Below, piece after piece: positions 43,606-57,300 of a stretch of 64,000 nucleotides of DNA; position 1 is the stretch's first letter, and each line of letters begins with the position of its first letter. Location of the stretch: positions 6,882,001-6,946,000 of the forward strand of contig CP075497.1 of NCBI GenBank assembly GCA_021613535.1, in the 5' to 3' direction. The position numbers were made by a program, and so were the translations under genes. Source of the stretch: Adineta vaga. Lineage: Eukaryota; Animalia; Rotifera. The notes below the pieces were generated by a model. That model saw only the letters and a program-made list of their open reading frames with translations, was not told the DNA's origin and ran no database searches.

Positions 43606-44087
43606 AAGAAGGATTTGTAAAAATATGTAAGCTCTTCAAACAAAAAGTAATCTTTAACATTGTTACAACAATACGTGAAGTTACTTCTTTTGAAATTATA
43701 TATATAAATAGTCATTCTTCTAAATTATTTTCTTATCAAAATACCAGCTTGTTTTCAAAGGTATTTTGCTGCTATTCATATTGAAAAAATGTTTCTTGCG
43801 TTGAAGTAATTGGTAAAAAACATTAGAGAACTCTCATATCTTTATGTTTCAGTTTTATATTCTTGTTATCTATTATGATATCCATGATATTTTATCATAA
43901 AAATTACACTGTAACAAAAATGAAGCAATGTAGATTTTATCCATATATTCTTTTTCTTGTCTATGGGCATTTTCGATTCATAATGACTTGATATGTATTT
44001 TTTTGACGCATTTAATTATATTTCATATTTATTTTCGTTTATTTCTAGAGAGAAAGAGATAGATTTCTGTGTGTGTTAAAAATCTTA

Positions 44088-45345
44088 ATGTTATATGATA
44101 AGAATTTTTACTTAACTGCTTTCCTTCTTGTCATCTTTGCTTTATCAACTTGGCTTGATGTTAATGGTGTATGGGTTGAACTTCCTTTAATAGTAAATCA
44201 AGCACCGGAAGGATGGGCTTTACCATCCTATCTAACATTAGCAATTGCATTGAGTAATATTGGTCCATTGATTATTGTTCTCTTAAAACTTCGTTTTAAA
44301 AAACGTCTTGACGAACGAATATTTATTTATATAGAAATTATTGTTGGAATTATATCATGTGCTTTGATTGCTCAACATTGGAATACAACAAGTTATGTTG
44401 CTGGTCGACAACGTTCAGTTTTTTTTCTTACTTTAGTTTTTTTACTTGGTACATTAGATACCACATCAACTGTAACGTATGCTGATTATATGAAACGATA
44501 TCATGCGAAATTATTGAATGCATTATATCTTGGAGAGAGTTTAACATCATTAGTTCCGTCAATTTTAGCATCAATTCAAGGTGTAGGAGGTGAAGCAATA
44601 TGTCGAGCTAATTCGACTTATCCTGAATATTCTTCACCAAGATTTTCTGTTCAAGTTTATTTCTGGACATTTGTCGCAATTATTCTTCTTTCTCTAATTG
44701 CTTTTCTTTTTCTGGAATTTTCATCTGTTACCAAATTACAACGAAGATCTAATACTACAGAATTCTCCGAACAGACCGAATTTACTTCCGATACTGGAAC
44801 AACAATTAAATCACATGTCAAAAAAACATTACTATATTTTACTTCTTTTTGGATTTTTATCAAGTATCATTATCTATGGAATTTTACCTTCAATTGGAAC
44901 TTATGCTGTATTGCCATATTCTCAACGAGCTTATTATATCTCCAGTCTGATTTTACCCATTTCAAATCCTTTATCAGTATTAATCGGTATTTTCTTACGA
45001 AGTATATTGAATATTTTAACGTTAACAATTTTATTTCTATTTGCTACTTTTGCATCAATTTATGTCATTATTGTTGCTGCTTTAAGTCCATGTCCACCGT
45101 TACATGATTCGACGGGTGGTGCTATTTTAGTGATCGGTTGTTACTTTTTATCCTATCTACTCTTTTACTATATAAGATTAGTTCTTGGAAATCGAATTCG
45201 ACAAGAATATCCATATGAAAGTGGTTTGTTTTGGTTTGGTGCGTCAAGTCAATTTGGAAGTCTTATTGGTGCAATTCCAATGTATTTATTAATTAATGTT
45301 TATAATCTATTCCAAAGTCGAAATGTTTGTCAAACATATTGTTGA
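44088..45345 (+). CDS. SLC52-family riboflavin transporter; frame change between 44727 and 44830
   Basis: WLDVNGVWVELPLIVNQAPEGWALPSYL, LYLGESLTSLVPSILASIQGVG, PRFSVQVYF, YGILPSIGTYAVLPYS, ALSPCPPL, SQFGSLIGA. Confidence 0.88.
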
Positions 45346-45434
45346 AATGGAAGAATTTTCAAAAGTTTCATTTATATTAATAAATCCTACTAGAATCTGT
45401 TTAATGAAAGACATTCTATAGATACAAAAAACAA

Positions 45435-45873
45435 TTAGAATTTCTTTGTATGTTTAAAAGATTTTCGATCAAGCCACGGATCTGGTCGTGGAATACGAAC
45501 GGGTTTGAGAGGTTTATATTTATCTTTAATTTCACAATAAGGTTTATTTGCTGCTTTGGCAGCTTCAGTAAATGGAAAAAATGGTGCATCTAAATTATAA
45601 GAAGAAATGAAATTTTTTCGTCAACAACAGGTTTTACATACCAACGACAACTTCATCACCGTTAATGAGTTTTTCCCATAGAAAAACTTGACCTTTCTTT
45701 CGTCCTAATTGATTATGAATTCCTTTATTTGCCATACGTTTCATTACGTTCACTCGATGTTTTGATTCGTAAAGAAATGCAGTACGAACAGGTTGCATTG
45801 GTAACACATTAGGAAGAACATTTCGAATCGTATTTGTCAATAATGACGTTTTCAGTATAAATGAATTTATCAT
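45435..45873 (-). CDS. Probable mitochondrial ribosomal protein bL34m with C-terminal extension; intron 45590..45641
   Basis: Presequence-like N-terminus without acidic residues; KRMANKGIHNQLGRKKGQVFLWEKLINGDEVV matches the bL34 spacing KR-x4-G-x4-L-x4-G-x3-[IL]-x6-G without gaps (compared from memory, low identity). Confidence 0.6.
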
Positions 45874-45970
45874 TCTTCCAATCTGAAAATGATAACAGAA
45901 TAATAAACCTATGATTTTCGATTTTTCTATTGTATAACAAAACAGTTTATTTATTTTTTGTTCGTTTCAA

Positions 45971-46977
45971 CTAATAGATATACACGTGACCACGATTCTT
46001 CGACTCTACAATGCCATTCACTTTCATTAATTCTTCTGCAACTGTCATTAGTTTTGGTTCAAAGGTCACAGCTTTTAGATCAACATCGACCGGTCATCAG
46101 CGCCAGCTAAACAAAAAATTAATATAAAATAAAACAGCATTTTTGTTAATATGAATTTTTCTTACGTTTATAAGTCTTTTTCTTTGCAAAATCATATGTT
46201 TCTTCCGAAGCAGGTGATTTGGGAATGATACGACCAGATCGAGTAGAAACACGTACAAGTTCACCTTCAGCTGTATACCGCCATTCAATAGTACATGGTT
46301 TACTAAAATAATAATTTGAAATAAAACGGATAAAATTAGTCAAGAATTTTCTTACCCATCGTACGGATCTATTAGTTTGATTTGATATGGAGCAATTAAG
46401 GGTTTTTCTTTAACAGCGATTGAACTATCAGAAATTGCACCACCACTTATTCGTTGAATTTCCTATGATATAGATTGAGAAAACATTGTATTCACAAATA
46501 ATCATGATATTTATACTATATTAAGTCCAGCTACAAACACAGCATTTAATTCACGAATATAAGCGGTAACATTGCCTTGTTTGCCTTTGTCTTTACCAAC
46601 CATTACTTCTACCTATAGATACATATTTCATCTGATGTTATGAAGAAGAAACATACCACATCTCCGCGGAAGAAATCCCATGTTTTCAATGGTTCAATCA
46701 ATTGTGGACGTCGATGTCCATGTCTTGGATCATTCTTACGTTGAGCAAGATCTGTCCAAGGGGGATCGTGTGTATATATCCATGGATCATTATATTTTAT
46801 TGCTTTATGTGGTATAACATTCATATTTCCCTCTAAACAAAATCTAGTGAGATAAATTCTCTTCAATGAAATTAGATGATTACCAATGACTGTTCCATTA
46901 AATTTCACTCGTTCGACATATCGTTTTGGCATATGAAAATAATCACTCCATCGTAAGATCGGTGTCAAACGCACCAT
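45971..46977 (-). CDS. MRPL24: Mitochondrial ribosomal protein uL24m, multi-exon; apparent 1-nt deletion in the last exon
   Basis: [23 protein letters not shown] (KOW), [51 protein letters not shown]-terminal VYIY*. Confidence 0.92.
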
Positions 46978-47580
46978 TTCTTTTTTTTTAAATAATCTAA
47001 AACTAAAGTTTATCTCTCGAATGGCACTGTATTCAGTTATAGAGAAATTCTTTTCTAGTTCTTGTTGTTTGTTGCTTTTTTTTTAATAATCCATCTGTTT
47101 GTGCAAGCGAGAAAAAAGGAACAAAAAAACATATGGCTATGGTAATATACACAGTCGAAGAAGCAAAAAAACGGGAAAAAGAAAGAAACACCGAATGAAA
47201 GAAATATGTATACATAGATACGAGCGCACATCTTAGTTTTCTTTTATTTATGTGTGTGTATATGTCCATCATCATATTTGAACAATAATACGTCACGTCT
47301 CAAAAACCAACATAATCTTTCTCATCATCAGAATCATCAAAAGAAATACAAGAATAGTCGAAATCGTATGAGAAAGTCCTGTGGACAAGAATAAAAGCAG
47401 CACAATTATTGGGCTAGAGGGTTTTTTTTATAAGAGAAAAGAAAGAGACAGTTTACTTGAAAGACACATGTAAAAGAAAAAGAAAAAAAACCAAGAAAAA
47501 ACGTATATACAGGGCTAACCTAAATACACATACACACTCGCTCACATCATTTATATAGATATGTACATTTTAAAAAAAAC

Positions 47581-50500
47581 CTATCTTCGTCGATAGTAAA
47601 ATTTTGTAGGAATCACGACCGGGGTAGAAGAAAAATTATCGACATGCATCGAAGTCGATGTTGAACTCGTTGATGATTCAGTTGTAGATAAACGAGCTGG
47701 TTGATCATGACAGACAATATCGAGATAACGAGGATTTTGTTGAACATTTCGATTGAGATTATTTTCCAGGATAAATGGTGGTTGAGATAATGGAGATGGA
47801 GGTTGTACAGGTATTTGATGAAAAACCTTTTTCTTATGAGTTGAAGTCATAGGTGCATAGTAATAATTTTGCTTCAGATTCTGTTCATGATGATTTTGTC
47901 GAGACTAAAATAAAATATTTCAAACAAACATAGATTAAATTCGTTTTATGTTGTGTTAAAACGCAATTGATTGTCAGAAATGAATTACATGCTGGTTAGT
48001 TACCTTATGTTATCATTGAAACAATCGCAGTTTTTTTTGTATGCATAATGTGCGCATGTAGTAATATTGGTTGATCAAAACACAAAAAAAGAGTCAAATC
48101 CACACATAGTTATATGTATATTTACATAACACACACACAAGCGTCAGCGCGTGGCTGTCTGATTTCTTTTAAATATGGCATTTATATTTTGAAGCAAAGC
48201 GCACGCACACACACACAATCAGAGTTGCCCACTCTGAGTGTTATTGTTGTTGCTTTCGTTATTGTTTACCGAATATTGAATCTGGCTATGATGACGAGGA
48301 AAAACGGGTGGTTCAGATAAAGTTTTACAAAGAGAATGATGAGTAGATGGATTTGATGAAGATAAACTTGAATTAGTTGATGCTGATGACACTGATGATG
48401 GAGGACATTTAGCCAAAGGTGAAACCGAAATCTCAAATTAGAAAAAAAAAGGAATTTATTTATGAATTGAAAGTTTAATTATATGTTTATACATACCTGA
48501 GATTTCTGTCTTACAATCGATGGTAATAGTGTGGGTTGAGGAGAATCTGGTTCATTACCAGTAGGTGTCGGTGGTTTGAGAGGTGCTTGAAGCGGCGGCC
48601 ATTCAGATGAATCAAGAATATTTGGACGAAGTTGATGATAATGTTGATGATGATGATGATTTACTGATGATGATCTTTCGTTGCTATTATCATTAATAGA
48701 TTGATTATTAAATAAAAGTAATGGTAAAGACGATGAAAGTATAGATGTGTTTGTCGTTGTCAATGTATGTGGCATATTTGTATTCGTTATTAGTGCTGTT
48801 GGAATAGTTAATGGAAGACCAGCAGCTACAGCTGCTGCTTCCATATCACGAGCTACTTTTCTTTCACTTAAACGTCGAAATAAAGAATTGTTTTGTTGAT
48901 GTTTTTTATTTGAATTATTTGTTGAATTATTTCCATTACTATTATTCATATTAATACTGGAAGAATTACTTGTGGAATTTGTTCGATATTTTTGGCAATA
49001 AGGTTGATGATATGAATTACTCGTTTGAGTTTTTTTATTATCATAATAATGTGGTTGTTGATAGCGAATTTTTTGTTTTGAAGGTGAACGACGGCGTCCA
49101 CCAGTGCGTATTTGTGTTTCAGAACGAGGAATTGCTCGTATAGATAGTTTTTGTGAACCACTTAAAATTAATTTAACAACTTCAGGATGTAGAAGACCAG
49201 CAACGGGACGTTCATTAACATGAGTAATGACATCATTTGGTCGTAAACCTGCTTCTTCCGCTGGTCCTTCAACAGCAACAACAACATGTTGCGTTGTATA
49301 ATAATCGGTATTTCCATGAAAGACTTTAACAGCACGTAATGTAAATCCAAAGCTACGTGGGCCACGACGAATAATAATCGGTGGTCGAAGATTATTAGTT
49401 AATGAATGTACAGGTGAGATTGTTGATGATGAAAATGAATTCTGTTGATGTGCTTTCAGAGTTGTATCACGTTCGAGAGGAGACACAGCCATATTCTGTC
49501 GTTGTGTATGACGATAAGAACGATCATCCTAATCAATAGCAAAAGACTTACATAGAAATTAACGAGAAGAAAAACGATCTTACTGGATTATTGAACCAGA
49601 CTGGTGGTGGCGGTGATGAGGAAGAAGATGAAGATGAAAATGATTTGGATAATGAACGTGGAAAACTTCGTTGTTGCTGTTGTTGTTGTTGTTGATTATT
49701 ATATTTTATTGATTTATTTGTATTTGTTGTCGTTACTGATGCTGCTGCAGTTGTTGTTGTTGGAATAAATGAATTTATTTTTGTTGTTGATGCTGGAATC
49801 AATGCATTTGATGAAGCTGATTTTTTAAATTCATTCTCATTTACTATAGGTACAGTTGGTGTTGTTTGTGAAGATGTCGGTGATATATTTGATTTATTCG
49901 ATTGAACAAGATCTTGAGATTTAGAATTTGAAGGAATAGGAATATGGCTAACTGGTGTTGGTGATGTTGTTGATTGTTTGGGTTGTAGAGGGGATAGAAC
50001 ACGGGGTATTCGCACTTTCTTATGATGATGGTGATGATGTCGTGATTTACCTTTTTGTTGTTGATTATCATCACCACTATCATGAGCATTTTGTTGTTCA
50101 AGTAATTTGAGAGATGTTTTTCGCTGTTTATGATGTTTAGTTGTTGTTGTTGTTGTTGTTGTTGTTGAAGGTGTACTTGTTGTAATCGTATTGGTTTTCT
50201 TTTCATCGGTAGTTTTCGTTGTTGTTGCTGATGTAGAAGTTGGAATCGATGATGAAAGAGATGATGAAGAAGAAGAATTTTGTCTTGATAATGATATATT
50301 TGATAATAAAAGTTTATCCGATGGAGTATATATAGAAGGAGTCTTCTTAATTGATGCTGATGATTCAGATGAATTATCATCTGATGAGACAAGTAATGGT
50401 TCAAATATATCTGAACCAAATATTTGTTGAACAGGTGATGGTTCAACTAAAGAAAGAAAGAATGAATGAGAATGTATATAATGAGATATAATGATAAATT

Positions 50501-53500
50501 ACCTTTATCTCTTGTCTGAGACGGCATTGATTGAGACATAATCAGTGGTTGGAAGCCACTTGGGGAATTAATTCTTATCATACTATCGGGATGAAAGCAT
50601 TCAGAACATGAATTAGTTCTTGAAACATTTGCTGATGACATTTCCGATGCAGTTGTATTTGTTGTTGTTGAATCTTGATGTTGTTGGGTTTTATTGGAAT
50701 TTCGTTGTTTAGGATTGCCGGATAATTCAGATAAATATTTTAATGAAACCGATGAAAATGAAGCAAATAATATATCTGAATCATTATCAGGTAATGCGAC
50801 TTGTGTTTGCTTATTAGTTGTTGCTGATGATAAAATATCATCATCGGAATGTTGATAACGATCTTCTCTTGTATCGAAATAGGATGTATCATCTGGTGAT
50901 TCTAAGACTGGTACAAAATCAGCTTTTTCACGTAATAAACTATTCCAATTAATACATGCACAAAATCGATGTGTACGAATTTCATAAGCACCACCTAATG
51001 TACCTAAACGTTGAGATGGATCGTGTTCAAGTAATTGTTCAATTAAACTCTTCGCTTCAGGACAAAAAGCTTGTTCAGATGAATCAAAACATGTCGATGA
51101 AGATAAATCAAGAGTTGATTCATCCAAAATATCAGGCCATTCAATTTGTCCATTAATAACATTGACAAATAATTCATCCGGCGTATTACCTGTAAATGGT
51201 GGTATACCAACTAAAAATTCATATAAAATAATACCCATACTCCACCAATCGACAGGTTTACCATAACCTTTTCTTAGTATAACTTCAGGTGCTATATAGG
51301 AAGGTGTACCACAGATTTGTTTATCATTAAATGCTTTTGTCTCTTTATCAATATGCTTTTCATAGAAATTTGTTGTTAAAGACATTAAACCAATTTTTGA
51401 TAGACCAAAATCTGTTAATTTAATATGGCCAACAGCTGTTATAAGGAGATTATCTGGTTTGAGATCACGATGAATAATACCATAGGAATGAAGATATTCT
51501 ACAGCTAATGTTGTTTCAGCAAAATACATACGTGCTATATCAATATTTAATGGTCCACCAATATTTTTCAATAATGTAGCAACATCTCCACCTTCAACAT
51601 ATTCCATGACAAGACATAAATGTTTCTTTGTTTCAAATGTACATATCAAGGCAACAACAAATGGATTATCTGTAAATGTCATTATATCACGCTCAACAAA
51701 AGCTTGTTCAACTTGATTTCGTAAAATTAAATGGCTTTTCGAAATCTTTTTGACAGCATATCTTTCTTGACTTTGTCGATGTTTTACTAGATGAACAGCA
51801 CCATATGCACCATTGGATATCAATTTAATTACTTCAAAATCGTCTTCACATGGAGCTTTCGCTGATAAGGAATGTTCCATTAATGGAAACGTTGAATTTG
51901 GTGTAATAGTTAAATAATTTGAATCTGTTAATGATTCACTTTCACTTTCAGATAAACCAACATTTCCTTTACTATCAACTGAATCTTGTCGTTCTAAATC
52001 ACTCGAATCATTTACCTAAATAAACAATCTATTAGATGTTTTTCAATGAAATAAATGATTTCAATACCTGTAATGCATCAATAACATCGAGTGGATTTCG
52101 ATCTAAATTAAGTTTTGAACAAATATATTTCGGAATATCTTGTTTTATATTTCCATTGATTTTTGCTTGACATTCAACTTCATCTAATGTTCGTAAGAAA
52201 TCTTCCGGATCAAATTCTAAACATTCTAATAATCGTGCTGATCTCGCTGTTGTTAATAGAAGATGACGTACAACTGTTTGTAGATTTTCAATTGCTTGTG
52301 GACATTTTTCTTTTACATTCAATAATAATCGTTCAAGATTACTTGTCATTTCATTGAAATATGATGTTGTAATTAAATCTTCATGAGATTTTTCTAGACA
52401 ATCTTTAGCTAATTCAACAATTTGATTATGAATAAATCGAGCTGATCCATCTGAACAATAATCATATTTATCCACTGCCTTATAGGTATCAATAAAATTT
52501 TGTAAACGTTCTTCCATTTGTACTTTAGCAGTTGGATAACGTTCTTTATAAATATATGCCATTGTATTCATATCTTGAGCAGGCATAGTCATCATTTTAC
52601 ATGGTGATGATGAAATATTAGCATCAAGCATTGACATTGATAATGAACGGGATTCTAAACGCTGTAAACTTCCAAAGTAAAAATCATCATGTGGACTACC
52701 ATTCGATAAACTTCCTTCATTTGAATTAGGCAGATTTGTTTGTTGTTTACATGTACAAATATGTTGTTGTTGTTGCTGTTGCTGCTGCTGCTGTTGTTGA
52801 TTAGGATTTTGTTGTTGTTGTTGTTGATGAGAAGGATGATGATGTGGAAGACGTTCTGATGATGAATATTGTGAACTTTCATGTGAATGACATGTTATTG
52901 GTGTTGTTGTTCCGTAACCACTTGATGATGGAGCTGATGTTAATGACCAACGACGATTAGAATTATCATCAAGATTAACAATTGGTTTGAATGCACTTGA
53001 TGATGATGGATTGAATGTATTGGCTGTTTTATTTGCATCTTGTGTTTCAGATGTTGTTGTACATAATGTTTGTTGTTGAGGAGATAATTGTTTTCTTAAA
53101 GCATATTTTAAATTAATAAGATTTAAACCGGATAAATTCGAACGACGTGAACTTGGTCGACGTAATGGAAAGGGAAAATAATGTGGTTGTGTCTGTTGAT
53201 TTTGTAATGGTGTTAATTGAAGATTACTTGAATTAGAATTTGTCGTATGAGAATTATTTTGTTCACTTGTTGTTGCTGATGATGTACGAGGTGATGATTT
53301 AAGTGAAGGAGATATTTGATAGAAATAATTCATTTGTAAAGAATTTAAATTGGGTTCTGATTGTCCTAAACGTAAACGACGTAGACGTGATAGATTCGTT
53401 GTTTGTTGATTTTGTGAAAGAGTTTCAGGTGATTGTGAATTATTTGTTGACGTAAACATAACATTTGGACAATTGGATGATGTTGATAATAATTGTGCTT

Positions 53501-54365
53501 GTGATACCATCCAACTTCGACGACGAAGACGTTCTTCAACAAATTTCTTTGAACTTTGTTCACGATAACGAACTAAATGTTGACCAGAACCAGTTGATGA
53601 ACGTTTACGTGTTAATGGATATTGTTGATGATGTGATTGTTGAAGTGTGGTCACCGGTTCTGTTGTTTCATTTTCTTCAACACTTAATAGATTCGTATCA
53701 GCATTTTCATTTGATACGGATGTTGGTATTGATGATGCACCAGTTGAATCGACGTCTATAAAAAACATCATTAGAAATTAAAAATGTGCTTTAGAAAGAT
53801 TCAAAAATATGCATGAAAAGATGCAATCACGTAGGAATTTAACGAAGCTAAATAAAATTCCATTTATCGATTCTTTCCTTTTTTTGTAGGGAAAATGTAC
53901 TTCTATACATTCATGATTGTATTATTGTTCTTTTGATATAAATGATTACAAAGTAGAACAATCTAGCTCGATTAGAAGGAGTTTTCTATCTATAGAATAA
54001 AAATTGGCATGTACCAACACAGTTCGACTAACATTGGGTGTATACCACCCGATAAATGAATTACCTGATACAACAACAAATAATTTTTTCGATTTTTCAT
54101 TATTTTCATCTTGTTTTAATTTAGTATTGGTTTTTTGTTCGGTTGATATTGATTCATCAATTGTTGGTTCAAAGATAAGATCATTTGATGAATTTGTTAG
54201 AATTTGAGAATGACTAGGTGTTGTTTGTGATTTAGTTTTTCTTGTTATACTTGTTGCTATTTGTATTTCATCATCTTTAGTAAATGGTGTAATTGCTGTT
54301 GATGATGAACCTGTCAACGTTGATGTGGTTTTATGTTTAGATTTTTGGCTGAAGAATTTTCTCAT
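47581..54365 (-). CDS. MAST-family Ser/Thr kinase (DUF1908, AGC kinase, PDZ), multi-exon; first and last exons uncertain
   Basis: [110 protein letters not shown]. Confidence 0.95.
50140..50167. repeat. (TTG)n microsatellite, poly-Thr in the MAST frame
   Basis: Uninterrupted ttg run. Confidence 0.8.
52763..52828. repeat. (TTG/CTG)n tract encoding polyglutamine in MAST
   Basis: Encodes [21 protein letters not shown]. Confidence 0.85.
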
Positions 54366-57300
54366 AGTTGATTGCTATTGAGGACAAAAATATAGTAATA
54401 AGATTATTCGATGGATAACTCGTTGTCAACAAGAGAAATGTGAAAGAAACAGAAGAGAGATAAAAAATCGATTACGACATAGAAAGTAATGAATATTAGC
54501 GATGAGAAATTAGTTATTCTTAGTCATAGTTTGTTTTTCTAGCGACTATGATATAAACTATAGATGACAGGTAAGTAATGATGGCGTGTTCTCCGCTGTT
54601 TTTTGATTTTGCTTGACTAGATTGGTCGCCGGTTTTTGTTGCATTCTAGAAAATAGAAAAAATGTACTTTAATAACAATATGTAAAAATGAATATATAGA
54701 GAGAGAGAGAGCGAAAAAGATATAATAATAAACAAAAGAAAAGGTAGAAGTGATGATATATGAAAAGTAGTTTGCGAATCGTCATTGTGTTGACATCATC
54801 ATTGTATATTCATTTTTAACACGTCAGAGGACAGAAAAAATGAAAAGAAACCTTCATCATCATATCACAATGCACGATAATGATGAACACAGCTTCAAAT
54901 ATAATGATGCTGGATGTATACGTGTGAAAGAAAATTCTTCTTTTTTCTTACTTTCTTATTCGTTCGTTCACATTTACTTTTCTAGTAGTAAGTTGTTCTC
55001 CTTCACTTTCTTTCTTTCTTTCTTCCTCCCTCGTTATTCTTAAAGAAAAAAAAAATCAGCTGTCGTGATTTTGACTAACAATACATATATATATATATAT
55101 AGAGATATATACATATAGGGGCGAGGGAGTGAAGTAGATAAAGAACTGGTAGTAAGTGGAATGAATTTCTACTTGCTTATATGCTGTGTTCGTCTGAATG
55201 TTAGAATTCAACTACATAGGTCACTATAATAATCAAAATATGAACAAAAAAAACATAATATATGCGATTTCGTTTGATCTTCGTATAAAAGTGCACATTT
55301 AACCCTTGTTATCATGAAATATCTTTTTTTTCTTGACCTTTGTAGCAATAACGTGCGAAAGAGAAAGAAGAAAATGAAAGCATGATATACACCATGAAAA
55401 TATCGTGTCATAAAGGAAATAGTAAGCGATCAAATGAGAACGAAGAAGAGAATGAATAAGTAGGCAAACTACTTGAAAACGTATGAAGAATGGTATCGTA
55501 CAAATTTTTTTACCAAGAAAATCCTTGAAAAAGAAAATGGAATAAGAAAGTATTTGCAATAGTTGCTTACATATTGTAAAATTTCAGTTGAAAGATAAAG
55601 AACATGCAAGGTCAAGTAGTAACAACTTCATATAGAAAGAAAATGTAGACATATGATCGAAGCAAGTCAATCATATGGCTTAGATTGCATTCAATTCTCT
55701 TTCAATGAAGACTTTCTTTTTATCAACGGATATTTTATTACTATTTAGAACAAATCAACAATCGTAAAAGTTCTTTTCTATGGGAAAAGAAAAATTCATA
55801 TATATATATTTCTATTTACTAGAAATAATCAAATGTATACATGACATTCATGTATCGAACAAAGATTCAAGAAAAAGAAAACATGCTTGGGATTAGAACG
55901 AATCAATCAATCGCATACGTATAGATGTTTTATTGATAAAAGAAAAAAACAAGAGATCAAACGAAACTAGTCTTGCATCTCAAAATTGTTCAATTCCCTA
56001 AGGATTAAAGTCATACTATTCAAATAGAAATCAACTTTTGTTCATTAAAATTATAAAAAATGCAATATCGAAATTACCTTTGATGTCTCGTTTACTGATC
56101 ATGTATAACCAATTTTCTAATCCAATCGTACTAAAGAAGTAGATTATCGAGTAGTTTATACTATCTAATAACCTTCATTCATCAATGGAGTCCGTGATTT
56201 ATACATTACATTTCGATCTTTCCATGTATACATATATATATATATATGTATGAGCGCACATGACTTACGTTCTTGTCATCAAGATAATAATCATAAACCC
56301 TGCATACAATCCCTATTCAAGTTATTTCAAGTTAAAAATCTATTTTGCAGCTATTTAATGTAAATGATTAAAATCAATTTACGTTTTTTTTCTCTCTCTT
56401 TTCTATTCAGCTCAGTTACATGCTTGAAGACATATAATAGTATTTCTTACTCGTTTTAAGCAAAGATACTGTCACGGATAAGCGAAATAATCGTATGAAT
56501 AGATGAAGAACATCATTAAAAAAAGCAAAGACATCGACAAAGATGAAAAAAAAAGGTGTTCGATATCGAACGTCTGTCTAAAACAAGGACATATATGTTT
56601 TGTTTACTTGAGAATAGTCTTTCTAACATATTTGATTAGATATTAACTGTTTTTTTTCTCTTATGCATCGAAGATATTTGTTTATACATGATTATTAGTA
56701 TATACGATCGAATTCTTTCTCATCTTCGAACAAATTGAACAGTAATTGCTGACGTCATTCATATGCATTAGACGATTAAAATAGAACTGCTTAATGGAAA
56801 ATAGTAATAAATTTTCTTTCTTAACATCCGAAGAAAAAACATACGTGTTGATCAACTGACAGGCGTATCTATATACATACGCATACGAGTAAATACGACT
56901 GACAAGAGTTTTCTCTAACTATATATGTGTATGTCTTTCATCTTATCAAGTTTTTTTTTGCCCTCGTATTCTTCATCAAGAACAAAGTCGAATTAGAGAA
57001 GATATTTCTAGTCTACTTGTTGACTTCTACATCTTCCATACGTATGTGATATGAAAGTTTTCTGATTAACAGAAATATGAAGGTCTTTTCTATTGTAATG
57101 CAGAAAAATCGTCTGGCGGTTGATTGTTGATTTCGATTGAATCAACAAAGATAAAGATTAATTTATTACTTACTCATCCAATATAAAATTGAAGATGAAT
57201 AAATATCGATTATGTATATATTCTATAAAATCATATCTAAAATAGAAAAAAAATGACGTGTAGAAGATAATGTATATATAGATTATTCGAGGACGTTTTC

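Noticed and set aside
49844-50446. 200-aa His/Gln-rich ORF
   Set aside because: Alternative frame of a Ser/Thr-rich MAST exon; the splice phase supports the other frame
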